A DNA stretch of 64,000 nucleotides from Lingula anatina (taxonomy: Eukaryota > Animalia > Brachiopoda). Position 1 is the first letter of the stretch. Each line of letters begins with the position of its first letter. The translations under genes and the position numbers were made by a program. The DNA is taken from NCBI GenBank assembly GCA_051362555.1, contig CM120641.1, positions 42,724,401 to 42,788,400 on the forward strand, given 5' to 3'. Shown in pieces: positions 1 through 35,816 of the stretch. Below the pieces are notes generated by a model. It made no database searches and was not told where the DNA came from. It saw only the letters and a program-made list of their open reading frames with translations.

Positions 1-107
1 ACTTTATTCTGTTCAGTCGTTTTTCAAAATACACATGCTGTTACATTGACATGTTGCAATATCAAAGACATTTAAGCCAGTCAAAGACATTTAAGTCTGT
101 TTTTCAG

Positions 108-256
108 AGCGCCATTTCCAGAGGATGAAGAGATTGCAACAGCAGGCCACCTTTACAGACTACACGTGGCAGTGTATGAAGCTGGGGCAAAGTGATAGGT
201 AAGATGTGTCAATCACACCTAACACATTCACTGGTGTCAACTTTGTGCAGTGTATT

Positions 257-333
<77 letters not shown>

Positions 334-932
334 CCTAGAAATGTCACGTGTATCACTTGTATGAATGATGTCATAGCAGTTGTTTCAATTTTTTTCTTCT
401 CAGCAGGGTAAACGATAACGAGGCATCACACAGTGCTACTAACATGGAGACTGGGAACTTTGTGGGTAAAACCCAGGATCCTAAAGATGGTGCTTCTGAG
501 GAAATTGAAGAAGAAACAGAAGATTTGGGAGAAAGAATCAGGAAAGCAGTACAGCAAAGGTTAAAAGAACTAGATCAAATATCTGAAAAACAATCTGGAG
601 AAAAGACTAGCAGGTCTGAACAAGTTGAGGTAGATAAAAGTAATGAGGAAAATGATGGAGAAAATGTTATAGAAAATGAGAAAACAAACTTAGATGCAAA
701 AAAGAAAAACAAAAACAAAAAATTAGATTTAACAGACTTGCAAAGGGACCAAGAGGAAGAAACCTCAACTGCTGAGAAAGTGACTACTAGATTAGAACAT
801 GCAAAAAAGAAGAAAACAAAGAAGGGATTCAAAACTCCTGATTCTATGAATAAAAGAAAAGTTAATTCTAAGGAAAATGGGATCACAGAGACAAACAGGT
901 CATCAAAGAGAAGGAAGTCGTCTGCAAAGTGA
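108..932 (+). CDS. TBL3: 3' end (last two coding exons, 108-198 and ~404-932) of transducin beta-like 3 / Utp13, an SSU processome component
   Basis: Exon 108-198 (ttttcag|...|gtaag) reads RHFQRMKRLQQQATFTDYTWQCMKL, resembling the Utp13 C-terminal 'ERHFQRL.R.LQ...FLD..W..MKL' motif. It splices in phase into the acidic/lysine-rich ORF ending at 932. AATAAA signals follow at ~1016 and ~1123-1152. Confidence 0.75.
259..330. repeat. (CA)n microsatellite, ~36 units, intronic
   Basis: Perfect dinucleotide run. Confidence 0.98.
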
Positions 933-1956
933 GGCAGTCAAAAAGCAAGAGGGGCGTATAATGTTTATTTGACATTGAAGAAGTTTTTAATGTCATGATC
1001 ATGAAGCCTTCAATCAATAAATATATATTTATTGAAAATGACTTGAATATTTTTTCAAAATTCAAGATCTTAAAATGCCCATTTGATTCGGCAGGCAAAG
1101 ACCCTACTCATATTTGTCTGAAAAATAAACACTTCAAAAATTATTGAATAAAATTATTCACTTCTTGAAAAAAGATTATCTTGTTTTTAATGGAAAATGC
1201 ATGGAAGGTGGTTGCAATACAGAAACAAATTATGATGTGAAAAATTGAAGCTGAATCCTTTGCCTTGCTTATTAAACCTGTTTTTTTATGTATCAATTTG
1301 TTTGTTTGAAAGAACTATACTGTTGTCAGTAACAAAGAGGTGGTGATTGGGCTGTTTTTGAACAGATTAGTCTAGACAGTTACCTGTTTATTAGCTTTTT
1401 GATTGAATGTTTTAGATTGTTAAAGTAAATATTTTTGTGCCATATTATGTATTTTCATATCAGATTTTATTCAGCAGTGAATTTAACTTACCCCACAACA
1501 TCAATTTGCAGTTCAATTCCTCCAAATCATTTTCATACCTATTTTTATGCAAGGTCATTTCTTCATGTAATCAGAACTTGAAAGTCCTCGAATTGAGAGG
1601 AACTTTGAGAAAGATACTGGGTACAAAGACACAGTGTTCATGGTGATTTATTTAAAGTTCACAGATTAAACTTATTTGATGAAATGCTTTCTCCTATCTT
1701 GTCTGTTTGCATTGTGCATTTCACTGTTTGATTTTCCACAAAGTTTGTTCAAAGTTAAAACTTCCGTTGATAATGTGAATGGTGAAGTTGTAAACCTCAA
1801 TACACCTGTTGATTTGTGAGCTATCTGCCTTAAGCTAATAATCAAGATGTGCATCAAAAGCCATTTATAGAAGACTGGTGCAGAAGGACTCGTGTTTTGT
1901 CATGCTTTGAATGGGTCTAGAAAGTATTAGCCACTCAAAAAGTTTTTTGAACCAAG

Positions 1957-24499
<22,543 letters not shown>

Positions 24500-25728
24500 T
24501 GATAAAAGGCCCACTGCACATATGGCAGTTATGTGAGGGGGTTGAACCCTTAAGCCAAGAGTATTCATCTACATCTGCAAATGAGATTTCCATTCAAGAA
24601 ATAATAGTTTTTGTGCTACTGTAAAGATACCATAAAAGGAACGGGTTTAACAAAATCATTTAAGATTATTTTTCTGTGAACATTTGAGTGTTGCATGTAT
24701 GACAGCATCTAGTACACTGTTATTATAAGCTAAAACTCAAATATCTCCCAGTTTTCAGTTGTAAAAACATTGGTAGTGATGAACATGTAGTTATACCTTT
24801 AAAAGTAGATTAAAAATATGAATGTTTGTTCATGAAACTTAATACTAAAAATTAATTATACTTACAGATAAATGGGTTTTTAATATATTACAGTGTATAT
24901 TTTAGTCAGTGACAAACTTTCTAAATATTACTTAACTACTGAAGTTGTTATCTACAGTGCAATTAATGATTCTTTAAAATCCAGAATGATCAGTGTACAT
25001 TGGAGGATACTTACTATGACTTTAGTTTAGTGGCATTTGGTGAGCACAATAAAATTAGGGCATAAGCTCAGCATCTGTGACTCTGTGCACAAATAATTTA
25101 AAAAATACTGGGTGAAAAAGAGATAAAATGCCAGAAATACCTCTCTACTTTACATGCGTTTAGCTTGAAAGTCCATCCCCCTTATGTCAAACAAACATTC
25201 ATCTGACAGAACCAATGTAATGTCAATAAACTAAGATCCTTAAACTTGGGAGAGCATGTTCAAAATATGGAAACTTCTTATTGAAGAATTTAGCAGCTTC
25301 CCTTGCCCCCATATATCATTACAACGTACCATACCATTCATATTCATCCTCTTGCAAATTACAACAGACATCATAAATCTTAATTTGGCTTTTAATTTCA
25401 TTTTAAATACCCTACACAGCAAAAGTTACAACAATTTTATTGGTCAACAATATTTTGAATATAATATATCTACTTCGAGCACTGATTTTCCGACCATGTT
25501 TTGTCCCTGCAAGCACACACTTTAAAAATGCTGTCAGTCAAACAAAACAATGGAAGAGTGAGCAATTTTACTTTTTGAGATGACAGGAACTCTGAGCAAA
25601 GCAATGAAAATTTTGTCATATCTTATTTTTGTTTCCTTGAGATAATTTCTTAAAGCTGCAATTGTCATGTCCAGAATTTTATACAAATGCATGGATAAAA
25701 AATAGAAGTTGTTTTATCAAATAACAGA

Positions 25729-28700
25729 TTACAAGTGCCATGTGACTAGATTTTCCTTAGTCATCTTCTTGGTATGGCGATTGTGATGAACTATTTTCCA
25801 TTTCTTCATCCATGGCCCAACGATGGTGGTGTCAAAATCATCGACTTCCTTGAGAGTAGAATAGAAAAAAAATTATTAAAAGAGTACATACTTCGTAATT
25901 CTATATAGAAATTCGACAGCTGTGTCTATCACTCATCCTTGACTTATCACACCCGAAACCTATATATCTCATTCCCTGAAAGTAACAATTAACATAGACT
26001 TGACAGACACCAAAATATGTCAGCAAAATATATGTAATGATCTTAATTGAACTGTCAAAGTTGGTGAGTACTTTGCCATCGTACATCGTATATGTACATA
26101 CTAAGCTTTAAACATGTTATTCATATGACAAGAGAAATTATACCGGACAGTGGCACAGTGACCTCAAAATGACTTAAAGACCTCCACATGAAATAAAAGA
26201 AGTATTAATTTTCAAATAGGGGAAATAAAAGAAGTATTAATTTTTAAATAGGGGAAACATAAAAAAAGTGGCACTAAAAATTAATTAGTTTGGTATTAAC
26301 ATTATGTCTCACCATTCCCACAGATTTGGTCTGTTCCTTATTTCTGTTCACACCAACAAATGGGTCCCAGTCAATTTTTAAATTTGGCTCCTGAGATGAA
26401 CGCAACAATATGCCTTCTTTTAAGCCATGAAATCCAACAGGTTTGCTAGGGCTTTGCCAACGCAAGTCCAAGCTCCAGCGAATGTCATCAGAGTAATTGT
26501 TCAAACTTGGAAAAAATTAATAAATGAATAAATAATTTAAAATAAAAGTTACTGTAGTGATTCTGTGTATATGATATACATTTGGTATAACCAGAGAGTT
26601 ATCTTAACAGTTTAAAAGGTAAATGATACTTTTGTGAAGAATATTCACCTCTGAGGTTTAAGTCAAGGACAAGCCTAAAATGAAGATTCTGAGTAATTTT
26701 TATTTTACAGCATAGTATTAATTTCTGTTTGGTTAAAATTAAAATGGTTCGTTCTACCCAATGTATCTTAACTCACAAAACTTAACTTTTTTTCTGTAAT
26801 GAAATATATAAACTCTCATTTAATTCCCACTCTCTAAATGCATTGCTATACCTCCGATGAGGGATAAGATTGTTGAGGAGCACCATTCCTCCATATGGCA
26901 CAGGGACTGATACTATATCCTCCTCCAGGTTTACACCTAGAATGATGGATATATGACACACATGATCAGAACCAGCAAACCATAATTCTTAGTCATATAT
27001 GTTAGAATAACAACAATTCACATCTTGACTTCACCATGCACAGTATCATGGCTTATAAACAGTCACACTATCAAACCTAGCTGTCATGCTTCCTTTGCTG
27101 TTATACTGTCACACAAACTACACCAAACTATCAAACTTCCCATCCTGCTACATCTCCTACTGTAGTCTACATGTACGTTGCTACACTTACCAAAATGTTG
27201 TATGTCTACCACAATGTCAAACCTACCAAATTGCCAAACCATATATGCCTACCACATTGCCACACCTATCACAATTGATGTCACACTAACCACACAACAG
27301 TCAAACTTTATATGTTAACCACATTGTTACACCTATCTCAATGTCATTCACACTATCAAAGCTACCACTCTGTCCCATCTACCACTTTGTCACAGTGTCA
27401 AATCTACCACGGTATTATCTGCTACAAACTCCTAAAATAGACCCATTTGCTTTTTAACAGACTGATGTTATTCTCTTGAGGGTTGTTCATTTTGTTTCAT
27501 AATGTCAGAGAATAAGACTATATCAGATAATTATCAGCATAAATTTTATAAATTGGTTTGTGTTACTGCAAAAGTCCATTTTCTCTGACATGTATGCCTT
27601 TTTTGGTAATCTGATGAAAGTGACAAGAACCAATACAAATCTGCCTGATCTTTCATTTATCATTTGAAAAATGACACACCTATAACTTAATTAAATTTAC
27701 AGCACTTGCTGTTATTATCTAACACTCCTCCATGCCTAGCCTGCTGTTCATCCATCCAAATTTCATACTACCACCCTAGCTATTGTACTGCCACAATTTT
27801 CAAAACAAAGTGCAGTACTTGTTAAATTCAAATAGTCTTTCTTCTGTCACAGAGAGAGCAATGTTTTATACATGTTATATTACAATAAACCTTATTGCTG
27901 AGTTATATGTTTACACCTCCCAATACTAACCCAGAGTTTTTTCCATTTCCTCTTCTCTCAGCATAGTGTACCAGGTATCTCCTGCACAGCACTCGTGTTC
28001 ACACACTCTGCCTGACTGGTGACCTTTTCTTACAAACTGAAATAATACGTTTACATGTTACGATATTAATATTCCATAGGTGCTAGTAATGGTGGCTGTC
28101 CATGTTAATGATTTTACTTTTTCAAAAAATCTATTATCATGACAAATGCTCATATAGGAAGGGACAATGTTGGCAAATAACACCAGATGGAAGAAGTTTT
28201 AAGGCTAAACAGAAGAAAAAAAGTACCAGGATGTTGAAAATATCTTATTTACCTGCATACATCCATTATTCTCATTCGAGTCCAGCAAGGGTATCCAGGC
28301 TGCTGGTTGCAGGACGTCATAGGATGAATTGTCAAGATAGGAAATGTCTACAGGTGAAAAAAGACAAACACAAAAGATAGTGACAGCATAGGTGTAACAG
28401 CTAGTTTGCTCGTAATACTGTATTGTGTGGAATTTGAAAATCATGACATCACTTCTGTTTTGTTAGGTGATATTGAGTGCTAAGAAAAGAACAATGTCAC
28501 TTTACCTTGATGCCAAGGAACAGTTGTTGCCTCATTTCTTGGAGTCTTTGTACGCAAATTCCAGACTGGATGACCCATAATATCTTGACCAATCAGTTGT
28601 TCTATAGCATTTAGCAAGCGCTCATTGGAAAACAGGTCTCGAAAAGCCTGAAAAAAAATTGCATCAATTTGCACAAAATTTACTTACAAGAACAGTTGTA

Positions 28701-30611
28701 ACCAGTTTTGTGCAAACTTTAACCTAACCTTAATGTTTGTGCTAATTGCTTGGACAGACAAAGAAGAGGGAAAATTCCTACTGTATTTGTATGTTGATCA
28801 GCTAGAGACTGAAAACAAACATACAAAGAGGCAATCCTCCTCTACCAGCCAAACAAAATTTCTCCTTCCCACCCCTATAATGGTGCACAACACTCATAGG
28901 CCGCATTCACATCGAGAAGACCGGAGGCTCTACAAAGCCGAGAACTAAATATGGCGGACATAGTCTCTCCGCCTCTCACACACCTCCCCACGCGTCGTCC
29001 CAATGGAGCCGAGATTTAATGACTGTACCCCCACAGGGACAACGCGTGGGGAAGCGTGTGAGAGGCGAAAAGACTATTAAAAAGATTAGGAAGTTTTCCT
29101 TTCATGCACGTCCACCATATTTAGTTCTCGACTTTGTAGAGCCGTTGCTTTTCTCGATGTGAATGCAGCCATATACAATCTACGGAAGAGGATCAGATTA
29201 GGTGATGGATCCTTCCACCTCTTACATGTACCGAAATGCAAGTAAAGTTTATTCTCATCCCTGTATAACCATGAACTTACACCATAAATGAAATGTGCTA
29301 AGTTTTTGCACTTTGTGATAAAATGTTTAAGTACTGCTACCCCTGTGCTTGTTTCTGTATGCTACTTTAAATAAATAAATAAATTTCAAAATGCTGAATA
29401 ATTTCAAAATGCAGGAAAAAATTAAGTTGCAAATCATTCTATGTGTTTGTACTAAAAGTTGGATTGACATTTTGAAATGCCACTGTTTCTGAGAGGAGGA
29501 TAAAATCTTTAAAGTAAAATGTTGTTAATAACAATGTTCTATGAATTTCATATACACAGAATATACATGCATATACCTGTGGCATTTTACCAGATTTTAT
29601 GAAGACAATGTTGGCTCCTGGAAATTCCTTTTCTATGGCAGTCAGTCTTTTAAATAATCCCAATTCCTTGTACAAGTCTACAAAAAATAATTATAATAAA
29701 AATAAATAAATATTCAGAGAAGTTGCATTATTGACTTAAAATATTTTTACTGTAAGCATAATAAATAACTTCACTTTACAAAAATTAAATTTTAATGAAA
29801 AATATTGAAAGACATCTGACATTTTCAGTTAGATGTTACAGTGCAAGTGCATGGTGGCCCATACTTTTGATTTTTCCTCCATTGTACAGTTTGTTGGCAC
29901 ATTCATCAACCAATTCATTGACTGCTTCTTTACAAGCTTCAAGTTCTCCATTCTGGAAGTAGTTTTCAACTAAAACATACCCCTGCAAAAAATAGAAGTG
30001 TAAAGAGGTCATCACCATATTTACCTCTGCTAGAGAGGTTTATTATATGGTATAGAGCAAACATTTTATCTGCCTTTCTTTTATAAACAGCAAATTGTTT
30101 TAGCAGTTATTACAACAAAATTTTATTTAAAGATATAAGTATACAGCACTCAAACATGAGGGTTAGGACCTGGCCATGGTATTTCCAGTATTTGCAAACA
30201 ATACTCAATAAACACACACCCCGTATGCAGCAGCCTGGTTTGTTGTATCCTCCCCAGGAAAGTGAGATAGATACAGGAATGAATAAAGATACAGGTGTAA
30301 ATTGTAAAACCTGCCGATGGCGTTTATCCAGAATATATCAGGATTCAACTCTTCCCTTCCCTCTGCTTTGTTATTATCTGAAATCTGTTTAACAAAATTG
30401 ATACAATACATACATAAATAAAATTTTGTTGAATATCTAATTCAGCAAAACACCCACATACCTCTTCAAAGAATTGATGGACCTGCTGTGAGGTGAGCTG
30501 CCCAGGTTTCTTTTCTTTAGGCTGTGGTGGGGGGATGGTAAACACTTCAGGGTGAGGGGTAACTCCTTTTAATCCCAGGGGCACTTCAGCCATATGATTG
30601 TTACTCTCCAT
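25729..30611 (-). CDS. Phytanoyl-CoA dioxygenase (PhyH) family 2OG-Fe(II) oxygenase, 9 coding exons: 30611-30462, 29982-29865, 29677-29577, 28647-28506, 28347-28253, 28036-27931, 26936-26852, 26505-26313, 25848-25729
   Basis: GQLT..QV.QFFEEGYVLVE, iron-binding VPWHQD, AWIPLLDSN..NGCMQ, distal NNLIPHRS and IRWSLDLR. Introns are GT-AG and in phase. A probable non-coding first exon lies above 31201. Confidence 0.88.
27060..27420. repeat. Degenerate C/A-rich minisatellite-like tract, intronic
   Basis: Recurrent tgtcacac, tatcaaac and ctaccac words with strong strand bias. No clean period could be established. Confidence 0.55.
28899..29170. mobile_element. Foldback MITE, PIF/Harbinger-like, with an inner inverted-repeat module at 28961-29076
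   Basis: TIRs ggccgcattcacatcgagaa / ttctcgatgtgaatgcagcc extend ~60 bp. A 3-bp duplication ata lies on both sides. The inner inverted repeat is tagtct...gtccc / gggac...agacta. Confidence 0.88.
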
Positions 30612-31515
30612 AGTTGTAACTTAAAAAGTGCTAAACTATAAATACACAGTATGTGCAAAGTAATTTTTCAGTAATTTTGGCCTCTAAAATTTAGAGCATG
30701 TGCTTTCTTACCATATGAATCATAAAATATTTTGATATTTTCACTTTATAAGGGCACACAAGTCATTTCAACACATATAGATGCTTAATTTGTATGTGTT
30801 ATATTTTCACGAAAAAATCCTGTATGTTATTTCTGTTACATGCATGAAAGACTAAGAAATGAAGAAATAATGATGGCCCATATTTATAATTTATGAAAAG
30901 AGAACTTTTGTCAGAACAAGAACATTAGTCGCACTATGATGTTTTCTGCCAATTCGTAAACAAAAAAAGTAAGTCGCATATATAATGAAAAACATAATAA
31001 ATGAATTTTATGTCGGGAAATATTCATGTGGTCAGTTAAAAGCAGCTGCTCTATCATGCAATGCATCTCTATATTGCAAAGAAACTCTTTTTAATGGCTA
31101 AAGTCAATTTCCCCTTAAAGGTTATCTTTTAAAGTCCTTAAAATTAGAAGTCTTTGGATACTGTTAATGCAATATATCAGTATTTAAAACATATACATAC
31201 CAACTACAAAGGTAGTCAGGTAGTGCCACTTAATGTCTGCAACTTGGACCTTGAAGTTGAACCATGAAGTCTTGATTACGTCGCTGAAGCTTGTTGCATA
31301 ATAAAGATTACCTTTGTAAATATTTGCAAAATCCACTTTGGCAGTAGGACTTCACCTTTTGGCTTTTGGCTGACAGACTTAAACTGACTGAATTCTAACT
31401 GAGGATTACAGCATATCAGATAAGACGACCCGGAGGATCAAACAGAGCAGAGAATTTATACTCAAAGATTGTTTTATTCACTCGGAACATTAAATTATTT
31501 ATTATTAAATATTTC

Positions 31516-31589
31516 CATAGAAGTAGAGAAAATGGAATGCCAACTTCAAATCTCACAGGAGTTGGCATTCCATTTTCTCTACTTCTATG
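31516..31589. mobile_element. 74-bp hairpin mini-element with 30-bp perfect arms and a 7-bp target-site duplication
   Basis: catagaagtagagaaaatggaatgccaact (31516-31545) and its exact reverse complement (31560-31589), flanked by atatttc at 31509-31515 and 31590-31596. Confidence 0.85.
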
Positions 31590-31789
31590 ATATTTCCTAA
31601 CAAGGTCTCCTCAAGAGTGTGAGTTACGTTAATTTTGAATTAATTACAATTGTAATAATTATCGTAGTTTCCAATAAATTTAATATGTGAGCAAAAAACA
31701 TCATTTTGTCTTGCTTACATTATTTCTTTCAATGACAATGAAAAACCTTATATCAAATGCAAATTAACTGATCCAATGAAGTCAGATAA

Positions 31790-31990
31790 CCCTTTGTATA
31801 GTATGAATGTGATGAACAAACAATCCTTATTCATGACCCAACAATGGTGGTTGTCAAATCATCAGCATTTTTGTTAGAAAGAAAAGCAGATTTGTGACTT
31901 TAACTAAAATTTTAAACAAATAGCAGATAGTAGGTCCATGTTGTTGACACATCAGTTTATTTTTGACTCCCAGTCAACAGATAAATTTTA
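31790..31990 (-). pseudogene. Decayed copy of the last exon(s) of the PhyH-family gene
   Basis: tgtgatgaac...catgacccaacaatggtggttgtcaaatcatc resembles 25782-25842 (tgtgatgaac...catggcccaacgatggtggtgtcaaaatcatc) with indels. The word tcccagtcaa at ~31968 matches the penultimate exon at ~26365. Confidence 0.6.
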
Positions 31991-32428
31991 ACAACAATCA
32001 TATCAAGGCCACTGACAATTTTATTCAAACTCTGTGAACACCTAATGAAAATAAAAAAGGGCGTTAAATGCCACATACTTGATAAATCATATTAACCAAG
32101 TCAAATTGCAAACCTAATTTCTATAGAACTTATAAGATTGTGAAAATCTTGACCCTAAGTACAGGTTGGTTCAGGCATACTTCAGACATGACACCAGACA
32201 GATGGATGCTTAGTAAAACTAAACTGATATTGGCTAAGAAAAGAAACTTAAGAGAAAAGAAAAGTGAGAGAAATGATGTTTTAAATTTATATTCATATCT
32301 ATTGCTAATCATAATTTTGACTGGTCACAGTACCATTCTATGATAAATCGTTATAATATTTTTTATTCAAGACAAATTGTTCAATGTGGATGAACTGATC
32401 TTCTGTGCAGCAGCTAAAGTTATTACAG

Positions 32429-35400
32429 TCAGTAAGGTTTAAACTTCCTGGATGCCCGCATCAATGATATTTTTTGTTTGTCTTCTTCAAATTTCTGTCT
32501 TAGTTTTGCAATTTCTACAAGAAATAAAAGGGTAAAAATTATAAAAAGATAAATATTTGCATTTGTCAAAATTCAAAAAGATTGCATTTATAATTAGTGG
32601 CTAATAATAACAGTTTTAATGATGAATATGAAGAAGTTGTATTTACAGAGGCTATGCTTTTGCACTTTATGAAGTGAGTATCTGTCCATATATCAACAAA
32701 TTTTACTTAAATATTAACTTACGTTCCATTTTTGATTCCCTCACTTGGAATGCATAGAAATTCAATAACTCCTGGAAATTATAAATATATTAATTGCTTT
32801 TTAAAATACTCAAAGTTTTCTTCTAGAATATTTCAATATTACAAATTTTACAATATCTTAGTCTTTGCCAGAAATAAGCATATCTTCAAGAAATTTTGTG
32901 AACATAATAATATAAAAATAATATCTGAAGACTACCTATATAAGACTGTTTATCTAAGATAAAAAAACCATTCACATTACACTTGTATTTTTTCAACAAA
33001 TTAACTTGAAGAACTGAAAAACATAAGACAGCAAATGATAATACTAACTCATAAATATTAATAATACCTTTTCCTTCCTCTTCTTTTTCTCTCTCTGTGT
33101 AACTCTCTTTTCTTGTGCTTCTGTTCTGGGAACTCCTTTGTTTTTACTGTGCCTTGTCACCGTCACCCAACCCTCATCATCAGGTACACCCTCTTCCTCC
33201 TTGGCCTGAGCTGCTTCCTAAAATAAAATTTTCATTTTCTTTAATATGAAGACTTGATGTTGACTTATCAATTTGTTTTAATTTGACCAAGACAATAATT
33301 AACTATGTCGATGAAGAAGTTTGGTCTGCTCTTTAGTGGACTTTGGTTTGTTTGTTAGTTAGTTTGTTTGTAGACGAGATATCTTAAAAAATTGTTTACA
33401 ACCTTAGTTGAATTATCAAAATAACAGTTATTTAGGAGAGAAAGAATAAATCATGATTTCAAGCGATGCAAGATCTTATACAATCATTTAAATTTAATTT
33501 CCATTTATATTTTGTCTTGACATGGGTTTGAGAGTGTTTTCATAGTTTTAAATCAAATTAATATTCAAAGAAATGCAAATTTTGTTGTCAACAATCTTTG
33601 AAAACATTCACTTTTCAAAAAATAATTCACAAGTTACTAGAAAAAAAATGATGGTCAGTTGTGATCACCTCTTGAATCTTCTTGTCAAACTCTTCCATGT
33701 ATGCATCTATTTCTTTCTGAAGTGCATGTACATTTGGTAAGCTGGCTTTATATTCCTGGCACCATTCTGAATGACAATTATAATACACTTTAAAGTGAAA
33801 AACCCAAATGCAAAAATGGAACATATATATATAATATTATTATACTAGTATATAGAATTCACATCACAAATTCCTTTGAGTTGATATGTTAGGTGGTGAC
33901 ACTTTACAAAAAAGTCAAAGTTAACTTTTGCTCAAAGTGCCATTACTAGGGGCAAAGCAAAATCAAACAGGCAAAAATGAATGAATAAAACTGATTTTCC
34001 TCTGTAAAAAAAATCAAAGAGCATGCATGGATACACATGTGAGTTAAAAACCTACTTTTCATCCCTGTCAGAACTGGACTTTCATCTGTAGACAGAATCC
34101 TAGGGGGATCAAATTTGAACTGTTTTGCCTTTTTTACAGCTGCAGGTGTATGGAACACAATGTATGCTACCCTAAAACCCTGAAAAAATACACATTTATC
34201 AAGAAATATCACAATATTATCTTCTTATTTCTTCCTTTCTTGTCAAACCCTGCTTTTAATGAATCATTATGAAATATTAATTTAATCTGTCTTATATTCA
34301 TTGTTTTCAAAACTTACCTCTATATCTTTAGCACTTTTAAAGAATCTGTTTTTGACTTCTGGTGCTGATGAAGAAGGTTTCTGTTGAATATGTATATTCT
34401 CAATTTTTCCACAGTCAGAGAACAATCTCTTCAAACACTCCTAGGCAATGAGAAAAATACAACTAGTCACAAATACTGCAAAGACAATCATCTTAGATAG
34501 CCTCAAACAAGGCTTGAAGAAGTGCATGATGACCTACAAGACTAGAAAATTGGCTAGAATCGGTTTAGGTTTAGGTTTACTTTTCAGTGATAAAAGTGAA
34601 ATTCCATGAGCTAGGAATGATGTCTAAGAAATCAATAAAAAGTTGTTTTTTTTTTTTACATTTTTGTTTTAAAGTAGACTTAAAAGTTGCATTTATATTA
34701 CCTCATTACAATATGGTGGCAAATTCAATATAAAAAGTGTCCTGTCTTTGGGCTTTGCTGCATCCGTTTCCCTCACGCTGTGCTCCTTCAAGTATACGTG
34801 ATGGCAAGACTTGCACTGCTTGTTTAGCTTCAGAGGAATCACTTAAAAAAAAAAATTGAAAGACTAAATTAACTACTAGTTTATCAGACAATGAATACAT
34901 TATTGTCCTTATCTTCAAGAAACCATTAAAGAGGCATTGCCTCAAGTAAGAGAAATGAGCAATGGAATATGGTTTAGAAATCATTTCAAGAACTGTTATA
35001 AGTCCAAAAAGAGGTATTAATCTGATCAACAGATTCAACATAAAATGTTGCACAATTAGATTTATCATTGACCTGTGTAGACTACAAAGTCTCCTCTAAA
35101 ATTCAATAACAATCTAGTATCACTAAATCAGGCACAAAAAGTACAATAAAAGCTAGATTGCAGTGCACAATTTTGTGCCTAATTAAATACTACAATTGCA
35201 ACACAGATGATCACACTCTAGCTTTTTTACGTACATTGTTTTAATATTAACATGTACATGTACTACTATGGTTCTAGTGCAACAGTGAATACATGTACAT
35301 TTAAGGAAACAGATCTAGAAATGCCATTTGGCATTACAGCTGCAAAAAGTGAAACGGATTTATGTCCAAAAATATATATACATTGCCAAAATAGGTACAT

Positions 35401-35673
35401 ATCAGATGTGTATTCTACTGATAACTGGCAAAATAAATAAAATCAAACTTCATTCAAAATTATTTTCAAAAGGAACAACAAAATTCTTTTTTTCATAACA
35501 ACGGGATACAGTAACGCCACATTTGCAACGTCAAAGATTAAGTATCAGTATAATATAAGATAAGGTGTATATCAGGTTTGAATAGGGAACTATTAGTCCA
35601 TCAATTAACCCGTGAGTCCATTCATATGTTACAGTTTACCTGTGAAACCATGTATCACCACCCGGTCTTCCAT
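32429..35673 (-). CDS. RRP7A: Ribosomal RNA-processing protein 7 homolog A, 8 exons (approx. 35673-35640, 34842-34702, 34441-34318, 34179-34056, 33766-33669, 33217-33068, 32771-32722, 32514-32429)
   Basis: KDRTLFILNLPPYC, GFRVAYIVF, PDDEGWVTVTR, ELLNFYAFQ.RESK and KFEEDKQKISLMRASRKFKPY*. Confidence 0.92.
33297..33548 (+). mobile_element. Possible degenerate short HINE-like element in an RRP7A intron
   Basis: aactatgtcg start, (gttt/gtta)n microsatellite at ~33346-33371, and an imperfect inverted gacatgggtt plus catagttt end. The ends are degraded. Confidence 0.35.
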
Positions 35674-35816
35674 CGTCTCAACTCGCGTGTTGCTTTTAAC
35701 ATTTAAAGTGCGCATGCGCAGAAAAAAAACAACTTCCTTTTCCGATGGTCAATCGGTTTTGACATATATTCGAGATGTTTTCCTTATATTGCCTTTCTAA
35801 GGCATAGATTATCCTG
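35674..35816. promoter_or_regulatory. Probable bidirectional promoter of RRP7A/NAA60 with a perfect NRF1-type palindrome
   Basis: TGCGCATGCGCA at 35709-35720, local CpG enrichment, and a + strand donor ctg|gtaagt at 35817 that would end a non-coding NAA60 exon. Confidence 0.7.

Noticed and set aside
30019-30042. ttacctctgctagagaggt, resembling a HINE 5' hairpin
   Set aside because: Too short, and no associated microsatellite or 3' end was found.
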